Source: the human T2T-CHM13v2.0 reference genome, Homo sapiens
DNA: 64,000 bases
Assembly (NCBI RefSeq): GCF_009914755.1
Contig: NC_060947.1
Direction: 5' to 3' (one strand)
The notes under the pieces are model-generated. The model did no database searches. It was not told the origin of the DNA and saw only the letters and a program-made list of their open reading frames with translations. Positions 61,696 to 64,000 of this stretch are shown here, piece after piece. A program made the position numbers and the translations under genes. Position 1 is the first letter of the stretch. Each line of letters opens with the position of its first letter.

Positions 61696-62663
61696 GTAGG
61701 GGCCAAGGGAAAACTTCCCCTTCACCCTCTGAAGTTTCGGTGAAAATTCAACTCATAAAAGTCACATTAATTGGAGAAAAGGCATATTTATTAACATGCA
61801 CACAGGGTAGAAACATGGAGTGATTACTCTAATCCCCCAATGAGGTTCAGAAGCTTATATACTATCTTGAGGTTACAGGAAGAATGAGGGCTTGGATTCT
61901 GGCAAAATAGGTTATGTTGGTAGTAAATCTTGCTATAGTGGCAAAACAGGTCATGGGAGTGAGAAAAGAGGAGGCCAGGCTAGCAAAGGCGATCTTGTTA
62001 TGTAGACGAAACCTCACAGGTAGCAGCCCCCAGAGAGAATAGGTGGTAAATGTTTCTTTCAGACCTTTAAAGGTGTCAGACTCTCAGTTAATCTTTCCTA
62101 GATCTGGACAAGGGAAGGCCTCAGAGAAACCCTGGCTGCATCAATGTAGATTCTCTATAGATACAAATCTCCCTAAGGAAAGAGAGCTTTGCAGGGCTAC
62201 TTCATATGGTTTGGCTGTGTCCCCGCCCAAAATCTGATCTTGAATTGTAATCCCCATAATCTCCATAATCCCCACATGTCAAGGGAGAGACCAGGTGAGG
62301 GTAATTGAATCATAGGGGCAGTTTCCTCCATGCTGTTCGTAAGTTCTCACGAGATCTGATGGTTTTATAAATGTTTGGTAGTTCCTCCTGCATTCATTCG
62401 CCTTCCTGCTGCCTTGTGAAGAAGGTGCCTTGCTTCCCCTTCACCTTCCGCCATGATTGTAAGTTTTCTGAGGCCTCTCCAGCCAAGAGTAGCTGTGAAT
62501 CAATTAAACCTCTTTCCTTTATGAATTATCCAGTATTGGGTAGTTATTTATAGCAGTGTGAAAATGGACTAATAGACTACTTCTGTTTGTTTGCTTTCTG
62601 AACAGCCATCTCAAAATATAGTAAAGAAATATATTTTGGGGTGAAATATTTTTATTTCCTTCA
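61696..62663 (-). mobile_element. ERV1 (MER4-group) solo LTR with nested THE1/MST LTR (62202-62576, TSD ctact)
   Basis: tgtaggggcc...ccttca termini; ctact flanks the nested LTR. Confidence 0.7.
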
Positions 62664-62874
62664 TTATTTTAAGACAAAATCAGCCAATAAAGAGCTGGCC
62701 TAAATCTAAGAAATAATAAAAACTCAAAAGAAGTCATGGAACTAAAGTGAGTTGCATTTGTTGCCACTCTTCCTGTTTTGTTTTCCACCTAATAATAAGT
62801 GATGAATAGGGACACTGTTCTATGTTCAAACCATGCTCAAACAGAATAGCATACTACTGGGGACTACTTTCTAG

Positions 62875-63460
62875 TGATATTGCATAATATGGTGTTTTGA
62901 CATGCTGAAGAACCCTCAAGGTCCCTCTTACCTCCCCTCACCATCTTCTCTCCCAAAGCATAGGATAAAGTTGTTCTCTGAAGTTCCTTTAGCTGAAGTT
63001 CCTTTATCCTTATTTGACCCACCAAGGAGATCAATTGTTTTTTTACTCCCCTGCCTGTTATCTCATTATCTATAGTAGGAAAGAAGATCAAGAATGTAAC
63101 CACGCCTGAACAGACCCCTTCACAAGATAATGTCTGTCTCTCAGACTCATTCAAATGCCGAGGAGAACTATTTACCAGGTTATTTCTGTTCCGTATTCAT
63201 TCATTCTCCTTAGTAAATATTTGTTGCCCTTCAACAGAATTCCTTGTCTCCCACCTTAGATAACCTGTTTTGCCAAGATCCAAGACCCCATTCTTTCTGT
63301 AACCTCAAGATGGTATATAAGCTTCTGCACTGCATTGTGGGTTAGGGTCTTCATTCTGAAGGCTCCCTTGTGTACAAGTTAAATACATTTGTACGCCTTT
63401 TTTCTTATTAATTTTCAGCAGACCTTCAGGGAGCAATGGGGAAGTTTTCCTTGACTCCTA
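62875..63460 (+). mobile_element. ERV1 (MER4-group) LTR
   Basis: ggtatataagcttctg...gggtcttcattctgaaggctccc...ttttccttgactccta. Confidence 0.6.
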
Positions 63461-63752
63461 TAATAATAATAATATTGTATTGTAAGTACCCTAGACTTGT
63501 TTGTTAACCCTTTCTCCTATATCTTCTTTCTCTCAATGTTAAATGTTACTTTGTTTGTTATGGAATGTTTAATCTATAACATTTATATATTAAGTATACT
63601 ATTATGTATGGTTTGCAATATTAACTGACATGTGGAGTGGCTTGAGCCTGTGTGACCATGGCTCTAACAAGTGGAAAGGAAGTACTGAGGGGAACTACCT
63701 CCTTGGGAAATACATGTAGCTTGTGAATTTTGTGTTTGAAATAGCATCAATA

Positions 63753-64000
63753 GTCCAGGAGTGGTGGCTTACACCTGTTATCTCAGCAATTTGAAATGCC
63801 GAGGCAGGTGGGTCACCTGAAGTCAGGAGTTCAAGACCAGGCTGGCCAACATGGTGAAACTCAGTCTCTACTAAAAATACAAAAAAAAAAAAAAAATAGC
63901 CGGACATGGTGGTGGGCGCCTGTAATCCCAGCTAATCAGGAGGCTGAAGCAGGAGAATCACTTGAACCCAGGAGGCAGAGGTTGCAGTGAGATGAAATCA
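63753..64000 (+). mobile_element. AluS (runs off window end)
   Basis: gtcaggagttcaagaccaggctggccaacatggtgaaac. Confidence 0.93.

Overview
Primate (human-like) genomic DNA covering the 3' end of HTR2C (serotonin 5-HT2C receptor, X chromosome) on the + strand. About 41 kb of the last intron is followed by the terminal exon (acceptor AG at 41274-41275, CDS 41276-42102, ~2.65 kb 3'UTR ending near tandem ATTAAA at 44729/44738) and ~19 kb of downstream DNA. The intron is mostly nested, mainly antisense LINE-1 with Alus. The downstream flank is mostly solo LTRs, DNA-transposon relics and L2. All other ORFs in the track look like repeat-derived or chance ORFs, except the shifted frame in the terminal exon that encodes the known truncated 5-HT2C isoform tail. 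I found no convincing new multi-gene system. The most notable items are a TSD-bounded L1 3' transduction (2930-4113), an L1 whose 5'UTR is fused directly to distal ORF2 inside one TSD pair (32074-34528), a twin-primed inverted L1, an antisense EEF1A1 retrocopy fragment, and in the 3'UTR a dense RBFOX (U)GCAUG cluster, a pre-miRNA-sized hairpin and neuronal miRNA seed sites. Repeat subfamily names are recalled from consensus sequences by eye and need RepeatMasker/Dfam confirmation.
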